The notes under the pieces: model-generated
Told to the model about the DNA's origin: nothing
The model's database searches: none
Seen by the model: only the letters and a program-made list of their open reading frames with translations
Origin: a virus
Lineage: Duplodnaviria; Caudoviricetes
Reading direction: 5' to 3' (one strand)
DNA: 60,765 nt
IMG/VR virus record: IMGVR_UViG_3300025890_000027
Span: 1-60,765 of that record
Shown: in pieces, positions 36,383 through 45,683 of the stretch
How positions within the stretch are numbered: the first letter of the stretch is position 1
Layout of the letters: every line of letters begins with the position of its first letter
Made by a program: the position numbers and the translations under genes

Positions 36383-37120
36383 ATGCCAGAAGAGAATCTT
36401 TCAGCTGTAGAGAATACGGCCTCTGATGTCTCGCCAGCTGAGCCCGCTCCACAGAGAGATGATATGATGCCTCGTGCAGAGGCCGAGAATCTCCTCAAAG
36501 CGCTTAAAGCAGAGAGAGAAGCGCGTAAACAGTATGAGCGTGATCTAAAGGAGTCAAGAACTCAATTGGAGAAGTTCGCCGAGATCAACCCGGATGAATA
36601 CCTTCAACTGCAAGAAGAAGCAGCGGAAGCAGCGAGACTCCAGGCTCAATGGGGCGAAGTGCGCGACGCAATGGAGTCAAAATACTCTACTCAAGCACAA
36701 GATGCTCTTCAGAGAGCTGAGGCTGCAGACAACCTGTTAGCCACATACAAGAAAAAGTACGCTCTTGAAAAGGTCTTCAATAGTGCTGGTGGTCGCATCG
36801 ATTCTGTTGATGGTGTCTCTTTCTTTGATTTACTTTCAGAGCAAGTGGGGAATTCGTTCAGACAGGAGAGCAATGGCACTCTAACAGTTGTCGATTCGTC
36901 TGGTGATCCAGTGATGGACAAGGAGACTGGTTTGCGAATTACCCCTGAAGATCATATGGCTAGCTTCAAGCGCCATCCTGTATTTGGAACATTTTTCCAG
37001 GGAGTCAAAGGAGCAGGTGCTGGAATTGGCTATGGCGGCACTGATGCTAATGGAGCGACAATTGAAGATCTCTCTTCTTTAAGCAGTGAGGAAATGTTCC
37101 GTCGTGCTTTTGGCTCCTAA
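36383..37120 (+). CDS. Capsid scaffolding protein
   Basis: Coiled coil LKALKAEREARK, C-terminal GAGAG, directly before capsid gene; start 36383 or 36368. Confidence 0.75.
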   Translation: MPEENLSAVENTASDVSPAEPAPQRDDMMPRAEAENLLKALKAEREARKQYERDLKESRTQLEKFAEINPDEYLQLQEEAAEAARLQAQWGEVRDAMESKYSTQAQDALQRAEAADNLLATYKKKYALEKVFNSAGGRIDSVDGVSFFDLLSEQVGNSFRQESNGTLTVVDSSGDPVMDKETGLRITPEDHMASFKRHPVFGTFFQGVKGAGAGIGYGGTDANGATIEDLSSLSSEEMFRRAFGS

Positions 37121-37316
37121 AGAATCAAAATAGCTGCTCCTTACTAGGAAAAACAAGCTAACATATAAAACCAAAATCAAATCGTTAGGTAGAATATAGT
37201 TAGCAGCCCTGTAGGGAAACTCTGAGACGGAGTGGACTGTAAGGGTGCGACTGCTGATTTTGTTGTGACAACAAACGACGCTCTAACACCCAATCTTTGT
37301 TCACTCTTTAATTATC

Positions 37317-38213
37317 ATGGCATTTACGCTATTAGAAGCACAGAAACACGCCAAAACTCCTCAGGAATTGGCTGTAGTAACAGAACTGGCCGCCGGTCAG
37401 CTTATGTCCGTTCTTCCTTTCCGCAATATTGAAGGCAACGGCCTTTTCTGGAAGAGAGAAGAAAGCCTGCCTGACGTAGGCTTCCGCAATTACAATGGCT
37501 CTTTGGCCGAAAGCTATGCTGAGGTCTCTCAGCAATCTGAGAGCTTGAAGCTTTTTGGTGGCGACATCAAAGTAGACCGTGCCATTGTGGACCTTGAGGG
37601 CGCCGAGGCTAAAGCTTATCAAGTTCAATCTCGTGTCCGCGCTATGCGGATGGCTTGGGAGTCTCTCTTCATTAATGGCGATTCGAATCTCGCCCCTTCC
37701 GAATTTGACGGACTGGCGAAGCGCATCACCTCTGGCTCCTCTCAGTATTTTGAAAATGCTGGCAGCGCCGCTGCTCTTAGCCTTTCCAAGCTTGACGAGC
37801 TGATTGATAACGTTGACGCACAAGGTGGTCAGAAGTATCTCATCATGTCAAAGTCAACTCGTCGTCATCTGAGTGCTCATGCTCGCGCCAATGGCCAGAT
37901 TGAGATTACTCGCAACGAGTTTGGTTATCAGCAGATGGCCTATTCTGGCGTTCCCGTTCTTGAATTGGACCGCGATAACAAGAACGTTGCGATTCTTGAT
38001 AGCAATCCTGCCGATCAAGACGTGTATTGCGTTTCTTTCGGAGCAGATCACCTTACTGGAATCCAGAATGGTGGTGTAGGCGTACGTGAGCTAGGAGAAA
38101 GCCACGATCAACCACAATTGATCACTAGAGTTGAATGGTACTGCGGACTTGCCCTCATCAATGGACGCGCAGCCGCTCGCTTGACAAACGTTGACGCAAC
38201 CGCATCCGTCTGA
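37317..38213 (+). CDS. Major capsid protein
   Basis: 298 aa; LPFRNIEG...LPDVGFR...FGGDIKVDR...FINGD...EFDGL...RVEWYCGLA; follows scaffold and precedes a strong terminator. Confidence 0.88.
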   Translation: MAFTLLEAQKHAKTPQELAVVTELAAGQLMSVLPFRNIEGNGLFWKREESLPDVGFRNYNGSLAESYAEVSQQSESLKLFGGDIKVDRAIVDLEGAEAKAYQVQSRVRAMRMAWESLFINGDSNLAPSEFDGLAKRITSGSSQYFENAGSAAALSLSKLDELIDNVDAQGGQKYLIMSKSTRRHLSAHARANGQIEITRNEFGYQQMAYSGVPVLELDRDNKNVAILDSNPADQDVYCVSFGADHLTGIQNGGVGVRELGESHDQPQLITRVEWYCGLALINGRAAARLTNVDATASV

Positions 38214-38232
38214 TCAAGTCTATTCCGGACTC

Positions 38233-38254
38233 AGGGGGCTTTGCCCCCTTTTTT
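38233..38254 (+). terminator. Rho-independent terminator
   Basis: AGGGGGC-TTT-GCCCCCT then T run. Confidence 0.85.
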
Positions 38255-38312
38255 AATGCAATCGGGTATTTCAAAGGAAGACTAAATAGTATAAACGTCG
38301 CAGGAGGACGCA

Positions 38313-38498
38313 ATGTCTACCACTCTGGCTACACGCGGTTTAAATATTCCCGCATACGACTATGTGTCCAATACCTATACAGGTGACAACTTAACACAAA
38401 CTGTCTACCGTCGCAACGGATCTTCCGGGCCAATCGTTGCTACCTTAGACTACACTTATGACGGGAACAATAACGTCGTAACTATTACTAAAACCTAA
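38313..38498 (+). CDS. Small virion protein
   Basis: 61 aa, AGGAG upstream, late motif at 38276. Confidence 0.7.
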   Translation: MSTTLATRGLNIPAYDYVSNTYTGDNLTQTVYRRNGSSGPIVATLDYTYDGNNNVVTITKT

Positions 38499-38508
38499 GG
38501 ACTAAATT

Positions 38509-38829
38509 ATGCCATATTCATTTGATCCTTTAACAGGTTCTGTCAGTAAAAGCGGCAGTGGCCTGAGCAGTATTGGGGGAGCTATGACTAGCGCTATAAT
38601 CCCTGATACTAACGATGCCTATGACATAGGTAGCGCTGAATACAAGATTCGCGATCTTTATGTCAGTGACACTACGATTTACACTGATAGCGGCACCTTG
38701 AGTGTTGGCACGGCTGGAGTACCTGGTTCCGGCGATACGATCGTCAACGGCTCCGAATTGAAGGCTATCCTTGCTGATTGCTCGGATTTTGCTGAATTCA
38801 AGGCCAGGATCGCAGCGGCAGCTTTCTGA
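38509..38829 (+). CDS. Small fibre-type protein
   Basis: IIPDTNDAYDIGSAEYKIRDLYVS resembles a common phage fibre repeat. Confidence 0.65.
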   Translation: MPYSFDPLTGSVSKSGSGLSSIGGAMTSAIIPDTNDAYDIGSAEYKIRDLYVSDTTIYTDSGTLSVGTAGVPGSGDTIVNGSELKAILADCSDFAEFKARIAAAAF

Positions 38830-38907
38830 TCGGTAATATAGTATGTAACAGGTCTCGCTCTGGTAAGATCTTTACAATTCTCTATCTCTACATTCTAGGA
38901 GTTTAAC

Positions 38908-39246
38908 ATGGCCGCAAGAAGTACTGGTATTTTCCCAAGGGAGAATTTCAATCTTGACGCTGAACTGGAAATCACAACTTCCACTACAGCTGCCGCAGTA
39001 ACACTGGCTAACGCCAAAACTATTCGCGTAATTGTCCTTGGCTTGTCAGGCGGTGACGCGACCGTAACCATTGGTGGCGAATCTCTGGTTATTGCCGAAG
39101 CTACAGATCTAGACAAGAATGGCGTGGGTATCGCTCATGTCCGTGGTGCGCTTTGTGACGCTGACAACAACGTGTCTTATGCCTTGAGCGCTGGAACCGT
39201 AGGCGGTGTCTTTTATGAGCTCGTCGACGGCCCTAGCCGAGGCTGA
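38908..39246 (+). CDS. Putative capsid decoration protein
   Basis: 112 aa beta-rich, AGGAG RBS, own late motif and terminator; positional inference. Confidence 0.55.
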   Translation: MAARSTGIFPRENFNLDAELEITTSTTAAAVTLANAKTIRVIVLGLSGGDATVTIGGESLVIAEATDLDKNGVGIAHVRGALCDADNNVSYALSAGTVGGVFYELVDGPSRG

Positions 39247-39270
39247 TTAGCTTAAACAAGTGAATACAAG

Positions 39271-39295
39271 AAGCCCCCCTTTAGGGGCTTTTTTT
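39271..39295 (+). terminator. Rho-independent terminator
   Basis: AAGCCCC-loop-GGGGCTT then T run. Confidence 0.8.
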
Positions 39296-39330
39296 ATACT
39301 ATCGGCATCCTAGCTGGAGACAGAAATACT

Positions 39331-40560
39331 ATGATCCTATCATCCACTGACATTGTACGCATTCTAAAGGGAAGCGCGATTATCAGTGGATCTGCGCGGA
39401 TCACTATAGTCGAGAAAAAACCTATTTTCAGTGGGGCAGAAGGGCTTTTTCTTTATGTGGAAGAGTTCCCCGCCTTAGAAGAGTTTGAAGCAACCTGGAA
39501 GATTTGGATAGAATCAGACGGAAGCGAGTTAGATGATTTAGTTATCAAAGAGATGGGAGAGTTGCTCCCTAACTTTAGGGTAAAGCCAGGACTTATACTA
39601 GAGGCTTGCGTAACCGATTTTAGATCTAATGAGACTGTTGCTAGGCCATTGCCTTCGACCGATCTCGTCTCGATACCTGAATCAGTGTGGACTGAAAAAT
39701 CTGAGCAGCGTTTTGCTGAATTGGCCCAAGACATTCAAGACAGGATGTTGCTCGTCAATTCAGGTAGGGCTGGATCCAACGGAGCTGATGGTAAGGATGG
39801 AGTGCCGGGTCCCCCCGGGGCTGCTGGCCGTGATGGCAAGGATCTACTTGCCAGTAATGCCGTTCTCGATAATCTCAAAGATGTTAAGATTGCGGACAGA
39901 ATACCGCTCAAGAAAAGCCAAGTACTTACATACGACGGTTCTCAATGGACTAACTTATATATCCCTCAATTAACCTCTTCCTCCGGAGGTGGCGGGTCTT
40001 CTACCGTAGTCACTGGTGGGAGCGGCACAACGATTTCTTGGATCGAGCACGGCGAGACAGGAGAACCTCATGATCGCAAATTCCATGTAAACAATACCGA
40101 CATAGCGCTGGTCACTCAGTTTCATGTTAGCAAAGCGAATGAAGCTGGAAATGACGTCGAATTACTCCTCGAAGCGATACTACCTATAAGTGGGCAAATT
40201 TACTTAACGCAAGCTAGTGATTCCTCTCAGGCCCATTTATTCTCAATTACTAGCTATTCTGAGACCACCGATGGTTTTCTTCTCGTTGTCGCTCATGTCG
40301 AAACTCCCGGGCCTGAAACGCAGTTAGCAGAAAATCAAGCGTATAACTTTCTTTTTCTTTCCTCTTCAAGCGTATCAGGAGGTATCCCCGAAGCCCCTCA
40401 AGACGGTGGTTATTATGTTCGGAGAAATGGGGCATGGGTTAATCTTAGTGTCGCGCTGGGCGCATTTGACAACCGCGACTTCGATGGAGGTGACCTGGCC
40501 GCCGGTACATCTGACTCGATTGATAATGCACCATTGGATGGCGGAAACTTTACGACCTAA
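39331..40560 (+). CDS. Virion fibre protein with collagen repeat and foldon-like motif
   Basis: GRAGSNGADGKDGVPGPPGAAGRDGKD; GGIPEAPQDGGYYVRRNGAWV; two terminal DGG motifs. Confidence 0.7.
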   Translation: MILSSTDIVRILKGSAIISGSARITIVEKKPIFSGAEGLFLYVEEFPALEEFEATWKIWIESDGSELDDLVIKEMGELLPNFRVKPGLILEACVTDFRSNETVARPLPSTDLVSIPESVWTEKSEQRFAELAQDIQDRMLLVNSGRAGSNGADGKDGVPGPPGAAGRDGKDLLASNAVLDNLKDVKIADRIPLKKSQVLTYDGSQWTNLYIPQLTSSSGGGGSSTVVTGGSGTTISWIEHGETGEPHDRKFHVNNTDIALVTQFHVSKANEAGNDVELLLEAILPISGQIYLTQASDSSQAHLFSITSYSETTDGFLLVVAHVETPGPETQLAENQAYNFLFLSSSSVSGGIPEAPQDGGYYVRRNGAWVNLSVALGAFDNRDFDGGDLAAGTSDSIDNAPLDGGNFTT

Positions 40561-40589
40561 GGAATACTAATGAGATCAACGGAGTAGTC

Positions 40590-42197
40590 ATGCCAGTCCC
40601 TTCACCCAGGAATGCAGTAAAACCGGCAAGGGGCAATTACAGTGACCTGCTGACTAATGTTTCGTCTTTAAAAGATGGAGAGATTTGTTACGCAGTCGAT
40701 CAGGATCAACTATATGTAAACGAAAGTGGAACACTCGTTCCGGCTGGTGTCACCGTAGGAGGCGTTCAAACTGTTACTGGCAATAAAACCTTTTCGGGCG
40801 ATGTAGACTTAACTGGAACTTTCAAGATAGATTCTACAGCTGTTACTGCTACAGCTTCTGAGTTGAACTATACTGGTGACCTCGGAACTTTTACGGGTTC
40901 TACTATCGCTGATAATTCTGATGTAAAAGTTGCTTTACAGTCGATAGAAACAGCGGTCGAAAGTGGTGGTGGTGGTAGTGGTGGTGGATCTTTGACCGCC
41001 GACGATGCCGGGACAGCTAACTATTCGTCTGGGACAATTAATATACTAGGCGACACTGGCCTGAGTACTACAGCTAGCGGCAATACCCTAAATATTGACC
41101 TTGATGACACGGCTGTTACGGCGGCTCCTTATGGAGCGGCTGGAGCGGTTGCGACTTTCACCGTAGATGCCCAGGGGCGATTAACTGCTGCTTCTGATAC
41201 TGCAATCAGTGTTACGCACGATCAAGTCTCCGACTTTGACTCCGGGGTTCAGGATAATCGGCTAGATCAGATGGCAGCCCCTACGGGCGCTGTAGGCATG
41301 AACGGTCAAAAAATAACTGGCTTAGCGGATCCGACATCTGATCAAGATGCGGCGACGAAGTCCTACGCAGATGCCCTTGTTTCAGGGCTTGATATCAAGA
41401 AATCAACAAGGGTTGCTACTACAACTAATATTGCATTAAGCAACACTCAGACTGTTGATAACATATCTTTGGTTGCTGGTGATAGAGTTTTAGTTAAGGA
41501 TCAGACAGACGAGTCTGAAAATGGTATTTATGACGTAGTTTCAGCAGGAAATTGGACTCGTTCTTCTGATGCAGACAATACTCCTTCGGGAGAAGTGACG
41601 TCCGGCATGTTTACATTCGTAGAAGACGGCGACACTAGCGCTGGAATTGGCTATGTGTTGGTCACGCCTGATCCTATAATCCTTGGAACAACCGACCTCG
41701 CTTTTACTCAGTTCTCTGAGATTGGTGCCGTAACGGCAGGAAACGGCCTTACTAAAACAGGCCAAACCTTAGATGTAGGCACTGCTGACAGTGGGCGAAT
41801 CGTAGTCAATGCTGACAATATAGATCTTGCGGTTAGCGGCGTAAATTCTGGAACCTATAACGGCCTCACCGTTGATACCTATGGTCGAACCACTGGCTTC
41901 TCTCAGCCCACTACGCTTGCTGGATACAGCATCACAGATGCTCAGAGCCTGGACGCTACCTTAACCGCACTGGCTGGAGTGACTGTAGCGGCAGATGAGC
42001 TAATTTACGCTACAGGCGAAGACGCTTTCTCGACTACTAGCCTGACCACTTTTGGTCGTAGTCTGTTAGACGACGCAACTGCTTCTGATGCTCGTACTAC
42101 CCTAGGGCTAGGAAGTATTGCGACCCAGGAGGCCTCTGACGTAGCAATTACCGGAGGATCAATTGACAACATTACAATAGATGGTGGAACTTATTGA
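40590..42197 (+). CDS. Fibre protein
   Basis: KITGLADPTSDQDAATKSY, GDRVLVKDQTDESENGIY; ends IDGGTY. Confidence 0.8.
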   Translation: MPVPSPRNAVKPARGNYSDLLTNVSSLKDGEICYAVDQDQLYVNESGTLVPAGVTVGGVQTVTGNKTFSGDVDLTGTFKIDSTAVTATASELNYTGDLGTFTGSTIADNSDVKVALQSIETAVESGGGGSGGGSLTADDAGTANYSSGTINILGDTGLSTTASGNTLNIDLDDTAVTAAPYGAAGAVATFTVDAQGRLTAASDTAISVTHDQVSDFDSGVQDNRLDQMAAPTGAVGMNGQKITGLADPTSDQDAATKSYADALVSGLDIKKSTRVATTTNIALSNTQTVDNISLVAGDRVLVKDQTDESENGIYDVVSAGNWTRSSDADNTPSGEVTSGMFTFVEDGDTSAGIGYVLVTPDPIILGTTDLAFTQFSEIGAVTAGNGLTKTGQTLDVGTADSGRIVVNADNIDLAVSGVNSGTYNGLTVDTYGRTTGFSQPTTLAGYSITDAQSLDATLTALAGVTVAADELIYATGEDAFSTTSLTTFGRSLLDDATASDARTTLGLGSIATQEASDVAITGGSIDNITIDGGTY

Positions 42198-42245
42198 TTA
42201 GGAAGACTAGCGGGATCGCCTAGATAGGCACGACAGGATCGCCAC

Positions 42246-45017
42246 ATGGCAAACACCGTTAAGTTGAAGCGTTCAGCAGTACAAGGCAACGCTCCGTCTA
42301 CAACAGATTTAGCGCTAGGAGAGCTTGGCCTGAATACCTATGACGGTAAGCTTTTCATGAAGAAAGACGATGGCACAGAGGCCATTGTGGAGATTGGAGC
42401 TGGTGGCACAGAACTGGCTTCGGACACTTCGCCTCAGCTAGGAGGTGACTTGGACATGAATTCCAATTTTATCTCCAGTGGTATTCTTGGTGTCAAAAAC
42501 GAGGGGACTCAGTCAGAAATTCGCCTCTATTGTGAATCAAGCAATGCACATTATGCTGCTATCAAAGCTCCTCTTCATAGCAACTTTAGTGGCGATATTA
42601 CCTTTACGATGCCTGCAACGGATGGCAGTGCAAATCAAGTCCTCAAGACTGACGGTAGCGGAAACCTTGGTTGGGTAAGTCAAAGTGGTGGTGGTGGGGG
42701 TGGTGCTGCTAGCTCTGTTAGCAATGACACTGGACATCTTTATATCGTTAATGCCACTGGAAACGACGACAGTAATATTTATATTCAGGCGGTGTCTGGT
42801 GAAAACTCTATTGTTTGTCTTGATGATAGTTCTGTAAGGCTTTATTATGATAATGCTTTAAAACTAGAGACAACTTCTACTGGTTTTAGTGTTACAGGAA
42901 CAGCATTGGGAAATTTCAAAGTAAATGATGACAATTTTCTAACAGCAGGAACTGGAAATGATTTCCAAATTTATCATGATGGCATTGGAACTTATCTAGA
43001 TAATAATACAGGAAATGTTTATATTAGAAACAATGTAGACGACGTGGATGGTGGCAATATTTATATTCAAGCTAAGTCGGGTGAAAATTCTATTTCTTGT
43101 TTTGACAACGGTAGCGTAAGGCTTTATCATGATAATGGTTTAAAATTAGAAACGACATCGTCTGGGTTTAATGTCACGGGAACTGGGGTAGGAAACTTTA
43201 AGGCAGATGATAATGAGTTTCTAACAGCAGGAACTGGTGACGATCTCCAGATCTATCATGATGGCATTGGAACTTATCTAGATAATAATACAGGACATAT
43301 TTACATTAGAAACAATGTAGACGACAGCGATGGCGGTAATATTTACATCCAGGCATTGTCTGGCGAGAATTCTATTACTTGTTTTGACAATGGTTCTGTA
43401 AGGCTTTATTATGATAATGCTTTGAAATTAGAAACAACGTCGTCTGGAGTTAATATTCCAGGAACCTTAACTGTTGGCGTTCTTAATTTTCCAGATGGTA
43501 ATGAGTTAACTTTTGGGGCTAGTAATGATTTTCAGATTTACCATGATGGTGGAACAGGAACCGAGACCAATGATACTTTCCTGGATAACAATACAGGTGA
43601 CCTTTGGATTAGAAATAATGTAGACGACGTGGATGGTGGCAATATTTATATTCAGGCCAAAGCTGGTGAATACTCTATTGCTTGTTACGATGATAGTTCT
43701 GTAAGGCTTTATTATGATGGTCTTTCAAAACTAGAGACAACATCGTCTGGATTCAATGTTGCAGGAACCGGTGTTGGCAATTTCAAGGCAGATGACAACG
43801 AATTTTTAACAGCAGGAACCGGGGATGATTTTCAAATCTATCATGATGGAACTGATACTTTCTTAGATAATGACACAGGTCGACTTTACATTAGAAACAA
43901 CGTGGCAACAGATGTAGGTGGAGATATTAGTATTCAAGCTAAATCTGGTGAAAACTCTATATTCTGTTCAGATGATGGCGCTGTAAGTCTTTATTACGAT
44001 GCCTCTTTAAAACTTCAAACATCATCTAGTGGTTTTAATGTTACAGGAACTGGTGTTGGTAATTTTAAAGCAGATGATAATGAATTTTTAACCGCAGGAA
44101 CTGGTGATGACTTTCAGATTTATCACAATGAGACTAACACTTTCTTAGATAATGATACAGGACATATTTACATTAGAAACAACGTAGCAGCAGATGTAGG
44201 TGGTAATATTTACATCCAGGCTAAGTCCGGTGAAAACTCTATTTCTTGTTTTGACGACGCTGGAGTAACTCTTTATTATGATAATGCTACAAAATTAGCG
44301 ACAACTTCTGATGGAGTTACTGTTACTGGAAATCTTGATATGTCTGGTGACAATCAAAAGATATTACTTGGAACTGATAATGACTTTGAAGCCTATCACG
44401 ATGGGACCAATACCTACTTAGACAATGATACCGGTGATCTTTTTATCAGGAACAACGTTGCTGCAGATGTAAGCGGAGATATTCATATTCAAGCTAAGTC
44501 TGGTGAAGAGAGTATTGTTTGTAATGATGATAGTAGTGTACAACTTTATAACAATAATGTTCTAAGGTTAAATACGTCAACAAGTGGAGTTACTGTTGCT
44601 GGAACAGTAAGTGCTACTGGGTTAGACCTTTCTGGGATGTTGTCTGAGGGGGCTAATATAACTGCAGGAAAGTTAAGTGCTAATACTAACATTGATCTTG
44701 AGAATGGAATGGTTCATTTGTTCACTACGACAGAAACTGCAACCTCAACACCAAATATAAGATTTAGTTCTAGTTCTTCTCTTAATAGTAGTATGGCGAT
44801 CGGCGATGCAGTTACTGTTGCCTTGATATCAAAAACAGCGGCTGCAGGGTACTCTGCTCAATTGCAAATTGATGGTACCAGCGTAACTGAAGAATGGTTA
44901 GGTGGATCTGCTCCAAGTACTGGTGGATCAGGTGGGTATGATGTTTATACATATAATATAATCAAAACAGCCGATGCAACTTTCCTTGTATTGGCAAACT
45001 TAGTAAACTTTGCTTAG
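42246..45017 (+). CDS. Long fibre protein with tandem ~94-aa repeats
   Basis: LKRS...LALGELGLNTYDGKLF cap; seven repeat units; C-terminal DVYTYNIIKTA domain. Confidence 0.85.
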   Translation: MANTVKLKRSAVQGNAPSTTDLALGELGLNTYDGKLFMKKDDGTEAIVEIGAGGTELASDTSPQLGGDLDMNSNFISSGILGVKNEGTQSEIRLYCESSNAHYAAIKAPLHSNFSGDITFTMPATDGSANQVLKTDGSGNLGWVSQSGGGGGGAASSVSNDTGHLYIVNATGNDDSNIYIQAVSGENSIVCLDDSSVRLYYDNALKLETTSTGFSVTGTALGNFKVNDDNFLTAGTGNDFQIYHDGIGTYLDNNTGNVYIRNNVDDVDGGNIYIQAKSGENSISCFDNGSVRLYHDNGLKLETTSSGFNVTGTGVGNFKADDNEFLTAGTGDDLQIYHDGIGTYLDNNTGHIYIRNNVDDSDGGNIYIQALSGENSITCFDNGSVRLYYDNALKLETTSSGVNIPGTLTVGVLNFPDGNELTFGASNDFQIYHDGGTGTETNDTFLDNNTGDLWIRNNVDDVDGGNIYIQAKAGEYSIACYDDSSVRLYYDGLSKLETTSSGFNVAGTGVGNFKADDNEFLTAGTGDDFQIYHDGTDTFLDNDTGRLYIRNNVATDVGGDISIQAKSGENSIFCSDDGAVSLYYDASLKLQTSSSGFNVTGTGVGNFKADDNEFLTAGTGDDFQIYHNETNTFLDNDTGHIYIRNNVAADVGGNIYIQAKSGENSISCFDDAGVTLYYDNATKLATTSDGVTVTGNLDMSGDNQKILLGTDNDFEAYHDGTNTYLDNDTGDLFIRNNVAADVSGDIHIQAKSGEESIVCNDDSSVQLYNNNVLRLNTSTSGVTVAGTVSATGLDLSGMLSEGANITAGKLSANTNIDLENGMVHLFTTTETATSTPNIRFSSSSSLNSSMAIGDAVTVALISKTAAAGYSAQLQIDGTSVTEEWLGGSAPSTGGSGGYDVYTYNIIKTADATFLVLANLVNFA
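42720..44620 (+). repeat. Intragenic tandem repeat of about 282 nt (six full, one partial)
   Basis: TTTCTAACAGCAGGAACTGG recurs at 42936 and 43218; protein unit NxTGxxYIRNNV...IQAKSGENSI...LETTSSG...FQIYHDG. Confidence 0.9.
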
Positions 45018-45025
45018 AGGTAACC

Positions 45026-45679
45026 ATGTCACCACCGCTTACAATGCTAGGGATGTCTGGCCCCGTCAGTACGCTCTCTTCCGCAGTAGCCGAAGCAGGA
45101 GGGACTGGAACAGCTCAGGTCAGTTTTAAATATCACATGTACGGTGCCGACATGGGTACTGTTTACCTCTACTGGGAAAGCGGTAGTACATATACATTGC
45201 TTTGGTCGAAGGCCGGTCAACAGCATACGGGGCACACTTACCCCTGGACCGTAGGAAATAGCAGCACTACCTTAAACGGAAAGGCGGGAGAAACGGGAAA
45301 ACTTGTTTTGGTCTATTTTAAGGGTGCGAATAAAGGGTATAGAGGTGATGCAGCTTTTTGCGAAATCGAGCTATCAAGAAGCACTGGTTCCACGGTTGGC
45401 CTTAGTGGCGCTCCTCTTTGGAAAACCACTGCTTCGAATTCATCGGTATCGAGCTTGACTTCCGCTAGATCCAGGAGTGCCACAAGTACAGTCTCAGCTA
45501 ACTCCAATAGTACTTGGTCTTATGATGCCGGCGGACCTACTCCAAGTGCTAACACTGGACCAGATAAACATCACAACAATCTTGATTACTGGGATTACAT
45601 TTATTTTGAAGCCTCAGGCACCACGAGTAGTGCTGATAGGTACTATACGATGAGAACTGCGAACTCTTACACTCTTTAG
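45026..45679 (+). CDS. Putative fibre-tip adhesin with permuted MAM-like domain
   Basis: FKYHMYGADMGT...RGDAAF precedes TPSANTGP...YIYFEAS. Confidence 0.65.
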   Translation: MSPPLTMLGMSGPVSTLSSAVAEAGGTGTAQVSFKYHMYGADMGTVYLYWESGSTYTLLWSKAGQQHTGHTYPWTVGNSSTTLNGKAGETGKLVLVYFKGANKGYRGDAAFCEIELSRSTGSTVGLSGAPLWKTTASNSSVSSLTSARSRSATSTVSANSNSTWSYDAGGPTPSANTGPDKHHNNLDYWDYIYFEASGTTSSADRYYTMRTANSYTL

Positions 45680-45683
45680 GAAT

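Noticed and set aside
37232-37432. ORF overlapping the capsid leader
   Set aside because: Out of frame with and overlapping the capsid gene; the region is better explained as a structured 5' UTR
2917-45017. Genome-wide TAG reassignment (alternative genetic code)
   Set aside because: Other TAG stops checked (2919, 13398, 23374, 29613, 45017) are followed by stops within a few codons, and long genes have no internal TAG; only the tube gene shows an in-frame continuation
29643-45017. Diversity-generating retroelement suggested by Mtd-like N-terminal caps and repeats
   Set aside because: No reverse transcriptase and no TR/VR pair with adenine-specific differences seen; repeats are in-frame tandem units
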